Assembly (NCBI GenBank): GCA_965223795.1
Contig: CBDCXL010000002.1
Coordinates: forward strand, 224,001-288,000
Direction of reading: 5' to 3'
DNA: 64,000 nucleotides
Origin: Nitrospinales bacterium
GTDB lineage: Bacteria > Nitrospinota > Nitrospinia > Nitrospinales > VA-1
The notes under the pieces: model-generated
The model's database searches: none
Told to the model about the DNA's origin: nothing
The model's input: only the letters and a program-made list of their open reading frames with translations
In this document: one piece after another, positions 1 through 9,945 of the stretch
Position numbering within the stretch: the stretch's first letter is position 1
Layout of the letters: each line of letters opens with the position of its first letter
Made by a program: the position numbers and the translations under genes

Positions 1-754
1 CCCGGTTTGCCGGTGACACCACGGCCCTCAAGGAGATGGTTGTGATTTGGTTTTGTTCTGCCCACTTGGATGCCGCCGCGATGACCGTATTGGTTCCATC
101 GACAATCGTGACGGTGATTTCGGACCCACCCACCACCTGGTGCGAACAGCTCAAGTTGGCCGTGAACAAGAAGTGGTTGTCCTGGCTTTTAATGTTGGAA
201 TAGAACAGGGTGACAAAGGTTGTGGTCCCTTCGCTCCAAAGAGGGATCGTGTCGTCAAAGGGGATCGGGAAGAAGCCATCATTGCTTCGGTGAAAATTTT
301 CAACTTCCGATTCATGTTCCAAAACCCTGCCTTTCAAGGGCCACTTCATGACCTCTTCCCAGGCATTGCCTCTGCGAATCAGAAGCAAATTGATCTCATC
401 AAAATCGAGTCGAAAATCCTGACCGGACCTGAGAAGAATTTCTCCAATACCCCCTGAATTGTGTTTAACCGTTACATTGCTCAAGGTGGTCGCATTGCGA
501 ATCAAAAGCAGCCTTCCTTCCGGGTGATTGTCCACTGCGATCCGGTTGAGATCGTCCTCGAAAGCCTGATTTTCCCCCAGAATTCTGTGACTAAAACCTG
601 TCGGCGTGACCACTCCCGAAGAGATTTCAAGGATCGAAGCGTCCCGCGCTCCGGGAAGCTCTTTCAGTGCTGCGAGCATGTTTTCCACATTGGTTTTCTG
701 CGCTCCTGAACTCGCGGCGTTTCGGATCGCATTCAAAGCGGGAAAGGTTGTCAT
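1..754 (-). CDS. Putative tail fibre/receptor-binding protein, paralog 3 (3' end outside window; absent from ORF track)
   Basis: Manual translation MTTFPALNAIRNAASSGAQKTNVENMLAALKELPG...DDLNRIAVDNHPEGRLLLI...PFDDTIPLWSEG is open to the window edge; ATG overlaps the TGA of 751..1626; homologous to both neighbours. Confidence 0.85.
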   Translation of the reverse strand, partial: MTTFPALNAIRNAASSGAQKTNVENMLAALKELPGARDASILEISSGVVTPTGFSHRILGENQAFEDDLNRIAVDNHPEGRLLLIRNATTLSNVTVKHNSGGIGEILLRSGQDFRLDFDEINLLLIRRGNAWEEVMKWPLKGRVLEHESEVENFHRSNDGFFPIPFDDTIPLWSEGTTTFVTLFYSNIKSQDNHFLFTANLSCSHQVVGGSEITVTIVDGTNTVIAAASKWAEQNQITTISLRAVVSPANR

Positions 755-1626
755 GCCTTGAACTCCAGGACCGTCATCACGGATTGCAGGGTCCCGCCCA
801 GTTTTCTAGCCCCGTTCACACCGTTGATGTTCCAGTCGCCCGTCGGTCCACCGATGCGCACCTTGAAAGTGATCGGAGATGTAGAGCCTGGAGAAAAACT
901 GTATTGAAGCGGTATCGGCTTGATCTTGTTCTGCTGGCCGAATTCCGCGACCGAGGTCAGAGGATTCGCGTCGGAATCTTTATACAGTGAGATGATGATT
1001 TCTTCGCCCCCCACCGGGTTTATCGACGCATTGAACTGTCCGATCAGCAAAAGCTCATGCGATGCCTTTTTCGGGGTGAACGAAAAGCTCATGATCTGGT
1101 CCCCCTCGCTGCTCTGGGGCTTGGTGTCGTCGAACGGGACATTTGTTGATCCGCTTAGAAAAGTGACGGATGATTCGGTGTGGTGCTGAACGCAGAACTG
1201 CGACTTCGTGTGCGATCGAACCAGCTCCTGCCATGTCGTCCCGACTCTCTGAAGGATCAAGTAGTCTTCCGGATCATCGAGAATGAGATCCAGGTCATCG
1301 ACAAGGAGAATTTTCCCGTTGCCGGCGACATCGTGCTTGACCGTCACCACCCTGGAGGCGTTCTCGGAATGGATCAGGATGATCCTTCCGTCGGGATGAT
1401 TGGTCTGGTCGATGTGCGTCAGGTCGTCGGCGGACGCGTCCGCCTCGGTGTCGATGGAATGGGTCGAAGCCGTGGGTGTCACCGATCCGGACGCGATGGT
1501 CAGCTCGGATTCGGCACTGCCGCCAGGGAGTTCCTTGGCAGCGGCGAGCATGTTCTCCAAATCGTCCTTCATGTCGCCCTGATTGGCGACATTACGCATG
1601 GCATCTTTTGCAGGAAATATGGTCAT
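751..1626 (-). CDS. Putative tail fibre/receptor-binding protein, paralog 2
   Basis: 291 aa; shares ENMLAAAKELPGGSAESELTIASGSVTPT...NHPDGR with neighbours; downstream of tail tip gene. Confidence 0.75.
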   Translation of the reverse strand: MTIFPAKDAMRNVANQGDMKDDLENMLAAAKELPGGSAESELTIASGSVTPTASTHSIDTEADASADDLTHIDQTNHPDGRIILIHSENASRVVTVKHDVAGNGKILLVDDLDLILDDPEDYLILQRVGTTWQELVRSHTKSQFCVQHHTESSVTFLSGSTNVPFDDTKPQSSEGDQIMSFSFTPKKASHELLLIGQFNASINPVGGEEIIISLYKDSDANPLTSVAEFGQQNKIKPIPLQYSFSPGSTSPITFKVRIGGPTGDWNINGVNGARKLGGTLQSVMTVLEFKA

Positions 1627-2525
1627 GCTGCGATCTCATCGATTGTTATAGAAGAGGGAATTGTCCCGTTGAACCAACCTGTAGAACTATTTCCATTTAT
1701 CGCCCAAGTTCCAGCAACATCCCCACCAATACGGACTTTAAAAGTGATCTGCGATAACGTTCCCGCATCCATTTCAAAGGAAAAGGAATGGGGTGTTGGG
1801 CCGTTTGCTGAAGCTGTGAAAAAAGGTTGTGCTGCTATGCAGTCAGCATCGCTGTCTTTAAATAGCGCGAGAATGATTACGTGATTTGCGGCGCTGTGGT
1901 TCGCGCATACGGAAATATTGACACGCAACTTATTTGAAGGGCTTTTGGGAGTTATGGTCCTGGATAATATCTGATCGCCTTCGGTGTTTTGAGGCTTTGT
2001 ATTATCAAGTGGGATGGTTCCGGTTCCTGTCTGATGAGTTGTATCCGTTGTTCTTACAGACTGGACAATGCTGCCTGTGGGTTTCAAAGCGACTTCTTCC
2101 CAATCAGCGCCGGTTCTTTTAAGAAGAATCCATTTGTCCGTCGAATCGAGAGAAACATCGGCGCCGCCCGCCAGGGCGATTTGACCGGCCCCTCCGGCGT
2201 TGTGCTTGACCGTGACGACCCTCGCCGCGTTTTCGGCGTGGATCAGAAGCAGACGCCCGTCGGGATGATTCGTGGTGGCGATATTCGTGAGGTCATCCGC
2301 AGAGGCATCGGATTCGGTGTCGATCGAGTGCGCGCCGGATGTCGGCGTTACTGAGCCGGACGCAATTGTAAGTTCGGATTCGGCGCTGCCGCCGGGAAGC
2401 TCTTTGCTCGCGGCAACCAGATTTTCCAGTGAAGTCTTTGCCTCACCCTCGTCGGCCACGTTGCTGATCTCATTGGCGGCCGGGAACGATGTCCCGAACG
2501 CGGAAAGCCATTGAACAATGTTCAT
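1623..2525 (-). CDS. Putative tail fibre/receptor-binding protein, paralog 1
   Basis: 300 aa; ATGA-coupled to the J-like gene; same N-terminal module. Confidence 0.75.
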   Translation of the reverse strand: MNIVQWLSAFGTSFPAANEISNVADEGEAKTSLENLVAASKELPGGSAESELTIASGSVTPTSGAHSIDTESDASADDLTNIATTNHPDGRLLLIHAENAARVVTVKHNAGGAGQIALAGGADVSLDSTDKWILLKRTGADWEEVALKPTGSIVQSVRTTDTTHQTGTGTIPLDNTKPQNTEGDQILSRTITPKSPSNKLRVNISVCANHSAANHVIILALFKDSDADCIAAQPFFTASANGPTPHSFSFEMDAGTLSQITFKVRIGGDVAGTWAINGNSSTGWFNGTIPSSITIDEIAA

Positions 2526-5500
2526 AACCCTTTCACTCCCTGAATGGTGGCATCGACGGTGGCCTGAATCCCGGAGCCTCCGGAATCGAAGGCGCGGACA
2601 TTGGGGCCGAGCAATTCATCCTTATCGAGAATTTTAACAGAAACGGCAGACCCGTCGTGCAGGGTAAGATTTACATTTTTGATTGAACGGAAACTTTTTG
2701 TAATGGGAAGCCGGGCACCTGCGGCCGCGACCACAAAATCGTCGATGCGTTCCACCTGGTCGGGCACGTCGAAGATCAGATCGAAATTTGAGATCACACC
2801 CCTGATGGTCCCGCCGATGGTCGTGACGCGGAAGCCGTATTTCTTTTTCAGGATACGTTCCAGCTGGCCAGGCCACGGCTTGTAGGACGTGAAGCCGCCT
2901 TGCCAGAAAGCATTGGAATCGCCGGTCCAGAAAGCATTGGAATCGTTTTCCCAGAAAGGATTCTGGCTGTCCTGCCGGTATTCCAGGCTCCAGCTTTCAG
3001 CTGTCACTGAAAGGGCCAGCTTGAGCACGGCATCCAGAAACTCGGCGGCCGGCGTGACTTCCGGTTCGTAGATCATTTTTTTGTAATTGTCGGTCCAGAA
3101 CGGGTCCGTGTCCGGCGGCCAGAACGGATCGGCATCGTCGGTCCAGAACCCGGAGGCATCGCCCACGCCATCGCTGTCCGCCTCAAGATCGCTTCCAGAA
3201 ACGGTTCCATCCGTGATCGTGCCTGGATATCCGAACGCATCCAGATCGACCTGCTCCACAATGTTGTCGATGATCTGATCGCCCAGGTCCCGAATGATGG
3301 ACGTGACGTTCGTCGATCGGTTCCCCGGCTTGTCGAACGCGGCGACCATGATGGTTTTGGTTCCTCGCGGCACACCCGAAAGATTGAACTCGGTTTCCGG
3401 GATGAATCCTTTGTGAAGCTGCGTGCCGATGTCCCAATTGCGGTCCGCGCCGTCGTTGTACCGCACCTGGAAGCCCCCGCCTTTAAAATCCACAGGCGGA
3501 TTCGGGTAATCCCAGCGCAGGTAATTCCCTTCCAGAAACAGCGCCTCAACATCGGGTGGCGGCGTGCTGGTTCCGATTACGGTGTGCGTGAAGGTGGCTG
3601 TCCAGTCTCCCGCTTTTTCTTCGGTGTTGAACCGGATACGGATGTCGTATTCCTTGCCGACATCCACATCGGTCAATGAGATGCGGTCCGCGTCTTTCGG
3701 GGAGAAGTGCTGCTCCCAGGCCCCGTCCTCGCCGGTGGGCCGGAACTGGGTTTCCACGTTGATCACCGAGCTGTCGCGGTTCTGCACAAGACCCAGGGTG
3801 ATCAGAATTCGGGCAATGAATTCGCCTCCCGGAGACAGGATCAACACCGTTTCATCGGACCGGATCGCCGTAACGAAGGGAAGGTCCAGATCCACCGGCG
3901 TGGTGATCTGGCTGTCGAACGGCGGGATGGTTCCCGATTCGGCGGTGTGCACGGCCGGCGCCGCATCGACGCAGGTGATCTTCGCGGTCATGTTGGGTCC
4001 CGGTTCGATGCTGCGGACCACCAGCTCCACGCTTTCGGAACCGGTTTCGCCGAACATGCTGAGATCGTCCACCTCCGGAACCGGGTTGCCGGGGGTGACC
4101 GGCGTGGTGAACACGAAGGTGTCCGTTTCGCCGGGAACCGTGTTGACCGCGACCAGCAGGGTGTCGCCGTCCTTTTTGCGGAAGCGCAGGGAATAGGATT
4201 TCCCCATCTCCATGATGAGCAGTTCGTCCACCGTGACACCTGTGGTGTCCGAACCGGAAGTCTGAACCGATTTCACGCGCCCTGCCCCGACGCCCCATAG
4301 CGGCACATCGTGCGTGGCGCGGATCAAATCGCCGCGCGTGTAGACGATGTTCTCGATGTCCTGAAAGAACGTGTAGGTTTCCGGCCGCAGCCTGGCGGTG
4401 GCGATGCGGTAGCGCGCGTCCTTCCAGGCCTGTTCCGGATCGGTGACGCCGGGCAGCTCGAACCCTTCAAACTTGGTGGCGTTGTTCTCGTCAAACCCGT
4501 CGTCATAGACGATCCGTTCATCCTGCTGCCAGCCCTTTTCCAGGTTGATGAACCGGACGCGCAGCGCATGGATCGGATCGAGGAAGACCTTGTTCCCGGT
4601 GAACCCCCAGGAATTGCGCGGCGTGACGTGCTGGATCGGCGTGCTCTGGGCCCGGTCCATGACCACGCCCCATTTGCCGTCCCGCACGGATTTGGCGGCA
4701 CGGCCGGCGGCGGCGACCATGTCCAGCACCTCGTTCACGGAGGCGTCGAAATCGATCACCATGTTGAACTCGCGCCCATTGGTGGAATTCTCCAGGTGCC
4801 AGTCCTGCAGGTTGGTCAGATCGACTCTCGAATCGGCCACCGCCTTGGCATTGCCGGCATCCTGCAGCACGGAGCGGAACAGATCCGCCGGATTGCTGGT
4901 CGGCTGGTCGGCCACCCAGGTTGCGCCGTTCCAGGATGTGTGCAGGGACTGCACTTCCCCGTTCAGGGTGTCCACCACGCCGTTGAGCTGGCCGGTGGCC
5001 TTGATGCGCAGGGCGGTTTTTGCGAGGCCCGTGAGCTTCACCGGATCGCCGCTCTTGATGGAACGCAGCGCCGTCCAGAAAATCGCATCGAGCACCGTGT
5101 CCCCAGAAGGGTTTGGATCCGGTGTGTCCGCGGTCACGCGCCGAATGCGCACGTCGTACTGGCCGTTGGTCACGTCCCACTTGAGGCCGCGGCGGATGGT
5201 GACCGCCCTGGAATCCCGCACGATGATCGACCCGGCGCTGGTCCAGCTGCCCGCCGTGGTGAGCTTGTATTCCACTTCGGCTTCCAGGGTGATCGGCTTT
5301 TTCTCGCCGCTCTGGCCGTCGATGGCGACGATGCCGTTGGGAAACGTCAGATCGATGCTGATCTGGTCGATTTCCGGATCGGTGGTGCGCTGGCTCCAGC
5401 TGTTCACCTGTTTCAACTCGATGCTGAGCGCGGTTTCCTGGATATCGTCCGAAAACAGGGTCAGCGGCGTGTCGGACGGGAACCCCTGCCGGGTCTGCGT

Positions 5501-6199
5501 TTCCACGTCCGTGAAATCGGTGAGCGGCGTTTCCCCGATTTTGAGATTGGAAATGGACACGGGTCCGAATCCCCAAATCACCAGCATGCGCAGGTATTGG
5601 TCGTCGCCGACGATCTCCGTGAACGTCCTGGCGCCCAAAGGCGGGAACATGCGGTGCTTGCCCAGAACGCGGGGCACGATGCCGAACGGGTTGAGCGTGT
5701 TGCGCGCCCCCTGGATGGCGAACGTCGGGCTGTCGCGGTCGGTCTCTTTCAGCTTCGGCTGCGGCACCGGCGCGATGGCGTTGACCGCGAACGAACCGCC
5801 AACCGCAATTCCCGCACTGACAGCGGCCGCTCCAAGACTCCCAGCCTGGAGCCCAAGAAGCGGGGGTGCCGCAATCGCCGCGGCCAGAACCGCGATTTGC
5901 AAAACCGTCCGCAACGGATCGGTACCGCCCTGACCGTTGTCCATGGGCACCACGCGGATGTACACCGTGGCCGTGGATTTGGGCCGCACGCACGGCCACA
6001 GGTGACGCTCGATCTTGAGGTCATCGACGAAAACAACGCAGCTCTGCGAAAGAACGGGGTGCAGACAGGCGGCGTGCACCATCTCCTGCAGGGTCATTCC
6101 CTCCGGCATGCTCAGATCGACGCGCTGCGTCTTGAACGGATGCGGGCAGGCCCGGACCGTGACGGCCTTCTGTTCTATTTCGGTGCAATTTTCGTGCAT
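2522..6199 (-). CDS. Central tail tip/host-specificity protein (gpJ-like, with fused gpI-like N-terminus)
   Basis: GARNTLNPFGIVPRVLGKHRMFP, TSNPADLFRSVL and FN3-like segments; position after NlpC/P60; start at 6199 inferred. Confidence 0.9.
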   Translation of the reverse strand: MHENCTEIEQKAVTVRACPHPFKTQRVDLSMPEGMTLQEMVHAACLHPVLSQSCVVFVDDLKIERHLWPCVRPKSTATVYIRVVPMDNGQGGTDPLRTVLQIAVLAAAIAAPPLLGLQAGSLGAAAVSAGIAVGGSFAVNAIAPVPQPKLKETDRDSPTFAIQGARNTLNPFGIVPRVLGKHRMFPPLGARTFTEIVGDDQYLRMLVIWGFGPVSISNLKIGETPLTDFTDVETQTRQGFPSDTPLTLFSDDIQETALSIELKQVNSWSQRTTDPEIDQISIDLTFPNGIVAIDGQSGEKKPITLEAEVEYKLTTAGSWTSAGSIIVRDSRAVTIRRGLKWDVTNGQYDVRIRRVTADTPDPNPSGDTVLDAIFWTALRSIKSGDPVKLTGLAKTALRIKATGQLNGVVDTLNGEVQSLHTSWNGATWVADQPTSNPADLFRSVLQDAGNAKAVADSRVDLTNLQDWHLENSTNGREFNMVIDFDASVNEVLDMVAAAGRAAKSVRDGKWGVVMDRAQSTPIQHVTPRNSWGFTGNKVFLDPIHALRVRFINLEKGWQQDERIVYDDGFDENNATKFEGFELPGVTDPEQAWKDARYRIATARLRPETYTFFQDIENIVYTRGDLIRATHDVPLWGVGAGRVKSVQTSGSDTTGVTVDELLIMEMGKSYSLRFRKKDGDTLLVAVNTVPGETDTFVFTTPVTPGNPVPEVDDLSMFGETGSESVELVVRSIEPGPNMTAKITCVDAAPAVHTAESGTIPPFDSQITTPVDLDLPFVTAIRSDETVLILSPGGEFIARILITLGLVQNRDSSVINVETQFRPTGEDGAWEQHFSPKDADRISLTDVDVGKEYDIRIRFNTEEKAGDWTATFTHTVIGTSTPPPDVEALFLEGNYLRWDYPNPPVDFKGGGFQVRYNDGADRNWDIGTQLHKGFIPETEFNLSGVPRGTKTIMVAAFDKPGNRSTNVTSIIRDLGDQIIDNIVEQVDLDAFGYPGTITDGTVSGSDLEADSDGVGDASGFWTDDADPFWPPDTDPFWTDNYKKMIYEPEVTPAAEFLDAVLKLALSVTAESWSLEYRQDSQNPFWENDSNAFWTGDSNAFWQGGFTSYKPWPGQLERILKKKYGFRVTTIGGTIRGVISNFDLIFDVPDQVERIDDFVVAAAGARLPITKSFRSIKNVNLTLHDGSAVSVKILDKDELLGPNVRAFDSGGSGIQATVDATIQGVKGL
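2903..3150 (-). repeat. Two blocks of three 24-bp (8-aa) FW repeats in the J C-terminus
   Basis: NPFWENDSNAFWTGDSNAFW (ccagaaagcattggaatcg repeated) and GFWTDDADPFWPPDTDPFW. Confidence 0.8.
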
Positions 6200-6588
6200 A
6201 ATGATTCGTGTCGAAAAATTCCCATGATGCGTTTTCGGAATTTCACTCCATCGTACCGCTCGATGCAGGACTGGATATTCCGGTCCGTATGGACCATCCA
6301 TCCCGGATCGACCACCAGTCCCACGTGCACCGGCTGGCCGCAGACCCGGAACAGAATCAAATCTCCCGCCTGCGGTTCGTCAACCTCGATCCAGTTGACG
6401 GTTTCTGCGCGCGCGATCTCCCCGATAGCCTTGTAGTCGAACGGCGCTTCGATCGCGTCCAGGGACGGCGCATCGATCCCGAATTCATTCATCAGGATCA
6501 ACCGCACCAGGCCCCAGCAGTCGGCCCCGTCCATCGTGCGGCCTCGCTCCACAAATGGAATGCCGATGTAACGTGAAACATCCAGCAT
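6175..6588 (-). CDS. NlpC/P60 tail tip assembly protein (gpK-like)
   Basis: YIGIPF..GR...GADCWGLV...HVG...MVH. Confidence 0.9.
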   Translation of the reverse strand: MLDVSRYIGIPFVERGRTMDGADCWGLVRLILMNEFGIDAPSLDAIEAPFDYKAIGEIARAETVNWIEVDEPQAGDLILFRVCGQPVHVGLVVDPGWMVHTDRNIQSCIERYDGVKFRKRIMGIFRHESLCTKIAPK

Positions 6589-7061
6589 CAGAAAACCCCC
6601 GGGAAGTCGGCCGGTGTGAACTTCGCCGCCGGATAGGGTTCGCCAAGAAAATTTTCCAGGCTCAGTTCACCGGAAACGGCCAGGCGGTCGTAATCGGCGC
6701 GTTTCAATTCAAAATCCGGGAATGAGGCCTCGACCGTGTCCGGATCGGAAGCGAGAACGATTTCCATCAACACCGTGGGCGCGCCGGTGATGGAGCGGAT
6801 CGCCTGCACCTGGGCCCGGTCCACGTTGTCCACTTCGAGAGCCGCACGCGGCGGCCGTTCGTCCGAATCCGAAGGCAGGGCAAGCCGGAACGGGCAGGCG
6901 GTGAACGTATTGGTGCGGCTCACCGTGTCCACGCCGTCGCTGGAAACCCGGATCGGGCTGGTGAGATCCGCATGGTCGATGGTGACCAGCAGAATCGGGC
7001 ATTCCCCGGTCTGCGGCGCATTGACCGCGATTTTGAAGGTGTCGGAAACGGAACGGCTCAT
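6588..7061 (-). CDS. DUF1833-like minor tail protein
   Basis: LVTIDH..L..PIRV...FTACPF.LALP...LEVDNV; synteny. Confidence 0.8.
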   Translation of the reverse strand: MSRSVSDTFKIAVNAPQTGECPILLVTIDHADLTSPIRVSSDGVDTVSRTNTFTACPFRLALPSDSDERPPRAALEVDNVDRAQVQAIRSITGAPTVLMEIVLASDPDTVEASFPDFELKRADYDRLAVSGELSLENFLGEPYPAAKFTPADFPGVF

Positions 7062-7408
7062 GGCAGGACTTCCAGATTCAGTTGCGCGCTAAAAAGGTTG
7101 TTCCCCAAAGCCTGATACACGGGAGGACCGGTAAAACGGTAGGTGGCCGTGGTGGCCGTGTTCGGCAGCACCCAGTCAAAAGACAGCGCACCTCCGGAAA
7201 GCGTGGTCCCAAAGAACGTGCTGAGTGTGGCTTTCTGGGTCTGTGTGAGGATCAGCGTGGTGGTGACCGGCCTGACGCCAGCCGTGAACCGGCGGCGCAA
7301 TTTCGCGGGTCCCGCGTCCATCTCGGAGCGCAGGAGAAGATCGGGTTCCTGCTCGGAAAATCCCTGTACCTGGAAATTTTGCGGAAGCGTTCCTGGCCAG
7401 CTGGGCAT
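7058..7408 (-). CDS. Distal tail protein (gpM-like)
   Basis: MPSWPGTLP...RSEMDAGPAKLRRRFT...GALSFDW; follows tape measure. Confidence 0.8.
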   Translation of the reverse strand: MPSWPGTLPQNFQVQGFSEQEPDLLLRSEMDAGPAKLRRRFTAGVRPVTTTLILTQTQKATLSTFFGTTLSGGALSFDWVLPNTATTATYRFTGPPVYQALGNNLFSAQLNLEVLP

Positions 7409-7411
7409 GGA

Positions 7412-8974
7412 TCACCTCGCCACGGTTTGCAGGCGGCCGCCGAGCATGTCCTGAATGGCTTGCAGCGTCGCGCCGCCGTTGCGGATATTCTGCGCGTTGA
7501 TACGGTCGAGCTGGATGGTCAAATCCTGCTGCCCGTTTCCATTCCGGGAACTGCTGGTCTGAACCTGAACGCCAGCGTTGTTGATGATGTTCACATTGAT
7601 GCCGCTTTGACCTGGTCGCGTGACTGATACTCTTTCCCCTGGCGTTGCACGGAATCCCACAAACTGGCTGTCGGTTCCACCTGATCCGCCGACTGTGAAT
7701 GAGCCACCTTGGGCAAATCTAAGAGATGCGGGAACTGCATTTAGCAGCGCCCCAAAAATTCCACCCGTAGAGCCATTCGGCCCGCCACCAAGAGTTCCAG
7801 AACCCCCAAAAAGAACGATTTTTAACATCTGATTTAAAATGTCATTGACTACGCTCTTGGTCAGGTCGCGCAGAGCTTCCAGCGGTCCCTTTGTCCCATC
7901 AATGATTCCCTTCATGGCCTGCTTGGTTCCGGATGCGACGCTCTCCCAGACCTGGCGGACGTTGTTCGCCTGGATCTCCATTTCCTCGAAAACGGCCTTG
8001 AGCTCGCCGAGGCGCTTGTTGCTCCCCATCTCTGCAAACCGCTCGTTGACCTGAGCAAGGCCGATGTCCCACAACAGGATGTCGTCGATCATCTTGGAAG
8101 CCGGGAATCCTTTGACCACTTTTTCCATGGAGAAGGAAACTTTCTTCCCGGTTTCAGCGAGTTTTTCCCCGGCTTCAGCCGTGCCCAACATGAAGTCTTT
8201 AAATTTCTTGATGGCTGCAACCGCCTGGCGAAATTTTTTGATGATCGATGAAAGCACTTTTGCGATCAGCTCAAACGCCGGGGCGATGGTCACCACGATG
8301 TCTTTTGCGAGACCCAAAAATTGAGCGGCTAAATCCACCCAGGTTTTGCGAAGCCGGGTCAAAACGGTGGATTCCTGCTTGGTGAGCACCAACCCGAATC
8401 CTTCGGCTTCCTTTTTGGTCTTTCGGATTCCTTCCGCGCCGTTCTCCATCGTCTGCAGAAGAGCCACGCCGCCCGAGTCGAAGAGCTTGAATGCCAGCCG
8501 AACCTTGTCCGCCTGGCTTGGAATTTTTGATAGTTGTTCGGCGATCGCTTCAAACTGTTGGTCTGGACTGAGTTTGGTCAACTCCACCGCATCCAATCTC
8601 AATTCTTTTAAAGCTCCTTTTGCTTCACCAAAACCAGTAGAGGCTTCGGAAACACGGCGTGTCATTCTCTGGAGCGCAATCAATACCTCGTTGAAAGCCA
8701 CGTTCGCCCTGGCAGCGACAAGCTGGTATTTCGAAAGCTCTTCCCTTGAGACCCCGAGCCGGATGGAGAACTGATTGATTTGGTCGGCGGATTCAACGAT
8801 TTTTCGCGTGGCCAATCCGAGCGACGCGGATATGACCGTGCCCATCACCTTGGTGGCGCTGGACACGCGGTTGGCCGCCTGCTTCATCCTGTCCAGACCT
8901 GCCTTGACAGATTGAAACGCCGCCTTCGTTTTGTCCTTTGCCCTTACATCAAATTTTGCCGCTTTGCTCGCCAT
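7412..8974 (-). CDS. Tail tape measure protein (520 aa)
   Basis: AKDKTKAAF start, helical body, LSPDQQFEAIA, C-terminal FAQGGSF..GGSGGTDS. Confidence 0.9.
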   Translation of the reverse strand: MASKAAKFDVRAKDKTKAAFQSVKAGLDRMKQAANRVSSATKVMGTVISASLGLATRKIVESADQINQFSIRLGVSREELSKYQLVAARANVAFNEVLIALQRMTRRVSEASTGFGEAKGALKELRLDAVELTKLSPDQQFEAIAEQLSKIPSQADKVRLAFKLFDSGGVALLQTMENGAEGIRKTKKEAEGFGLVLTKQESTVLTRLRKTWVDLAAQFLGLAKDIVVTIAPAFELIAKVLSSIIKKFRQAVAAIKKFKDFMLGTAEAGEKLAETGKKVSFSMEKVVKGFPASKMIDDILLWDIGLAQVNERFAEMGSNKRLGELKAVFEEMEIQANNVRQVWESVASGTKQAMKGIIDGTKGPLEALRDLTKSVVNDILNQMLKIVLFGGSGTLGGGPNGSTGGIFGALLNAVPASLRFAQGGSFTVGGSGGTDSQFVGFRATPGERVSVTRPGQSGINVNIINNAGVQVQTSSSRNGNGQQDLTIQLDRINAQNIRNGGATLQAIQDMLGGRLQTVAR

Positions 8975-9113
8975 CGGGGTATTTTTGCTTATAGAAAACG
9001 ATCCAGGTTTGAAATTCGGATACGGTCATTTCCTCAACTTCGGAAATCGTCTTGTTCAGCTGGTCGGCAATGAAGAATTTCCAGAAACGGTCCGTATCCG
9101 TCAGGAGTTTTTT
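8949..9113 (-). CDS. gpT-like -1 frameshift extension of tail assembly chaperone
   Basis: -1 frame after A AAA AAC reads LLTDTDRFWKFFIADQLNKTISEVEEMTVSEFQTWIVFYKQKYPDGEQSGKI*; fills the gap between chaperone and tape measure. Confidence 0.85.
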   Translation of the reverse strand, partial: KKLLTDTDRFWKFFIADQLNKTISEVEEMTVSEFQTWIVFYKQKYPDGEQSGKI

Positions 9114-9469
9114 TCGATTTGTTCCTGGGTTTCCGCGCCCATCATCTGCACAAAGATTCGCTCGACGACGGACCCGGAAATACTGGTCATCAGCGAATTT
9201 TTGTCATTGAGTGTGAACAGCTTTTCCCTCTGCTCATTCTCGGCTTTCAGGATCAACGCGTACACCGCCATTTCGTAGGCATCGCCTTTCGATCTTTTAT
9301 CGAGAAGTTGCTTGTCCTTCATGGTCAGAGGGGGGCAGTAAATTTGAAATCCCCATTCGGGCACATCGATGACGGTTCTTTCCTGACTTTCCATGTGATC
9401 GATTGCGGCCTGCAAAGCCGGGGATACTTGCCTCACGTTTTGTTCATTCGTCATAAATAAATTCTCCAA
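9101..9469 (-). CDS. Tail assembly chaperone (gpG-like)
   Basis: IDVPEWG motif; between tube and tape measure; ends GAA AAA AAC TCC TGA. Confidence 0.85.
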   Translation of the reverse strand: MENLFMTNEQNVRQVSPALQAAIDHMESQERTVIDVPEWGFQIYCPPLTMKDKQLLDKRSKGDAYEMAVYALILKAENEQREKLFTLNDKNSLMTSISGSVVERIFVQMMGAETQEQIEKNS

Positions 9470-9531
9470 TATTTGATTTGCTCAGTTGTATGGAATCCAG
9501 ACAACCGCCAGTTATCCGAAAACCGGACAAC

Positions 9532-9927
9532 TTACGGATCGGTGGATTCGGTCAGCGCACCATTTCCTTTGAACGTGAAACTCTGCTCGACAATTCCATC
9601 GATTTGAGCTGATTTCGATTTCCCTGTGATGATCGCGGAACCGGTGAAAAATGTTTTGCCGGTCGCCACCGCTCCCTCCGGCCGCAGGTTCAGTGTGACC
9701 TCGGCACCGATGGTCATGGCCTGCTGACCGTTGGTGTCGGTTTCATCCCAGAAGGCATCGAACTGACCATCCCATGCCTTTCTGGCCGCCTTGTGTGTTT
9801 CCCATTCATCGTTCAAGTTAGAATCATCCATAGTTCCCGCTGATTCATTCAGGCTCCAGCCTCTGATTTCTGCAATATCGTTGGAGCCGACTTGAACGAC
9901 GCCCTCACTTCCTTTATGGTTTGCCAT
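9532..9927 (-). CDS. Major tail tube protein
   Basis: HKGSEGVV...WSL...FTGSAIIT...SFTFKGNGAL. Confidence 0.85.
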   Translation of the reverse strand: MANHKGSEGVVQVGSNDIAEIRGWSLNESAGTMDDSNLNDEWETHKAARKAWDGQFDAFWDETDTNGQQAMTIGAEVTLNLRPEGAVATGKTFFTGSAIITGKSKSAQIDGIVEQSFTFKGNGALTESTDP

Positions 9928-9945
9928 GTTTGATTTCTCCTTGTT

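Noticed and set aside
1..2525. DGR or shufflon acting on the fibre genes
   Set aside because: No reverse transcriptase, adenine-specific TR/VR pair, invertase or inverted cassette is in the window; cannot be excluded beyond the left edge
4310..6436. Long antisense ORFs (also 13743..15869, 44058..46028, 46563..48338, 54439..56880, 58781..60652)
   Set aside because: They are shadows of GC-rich, well-supported genes on the opposite strand and show no recognisable motifs
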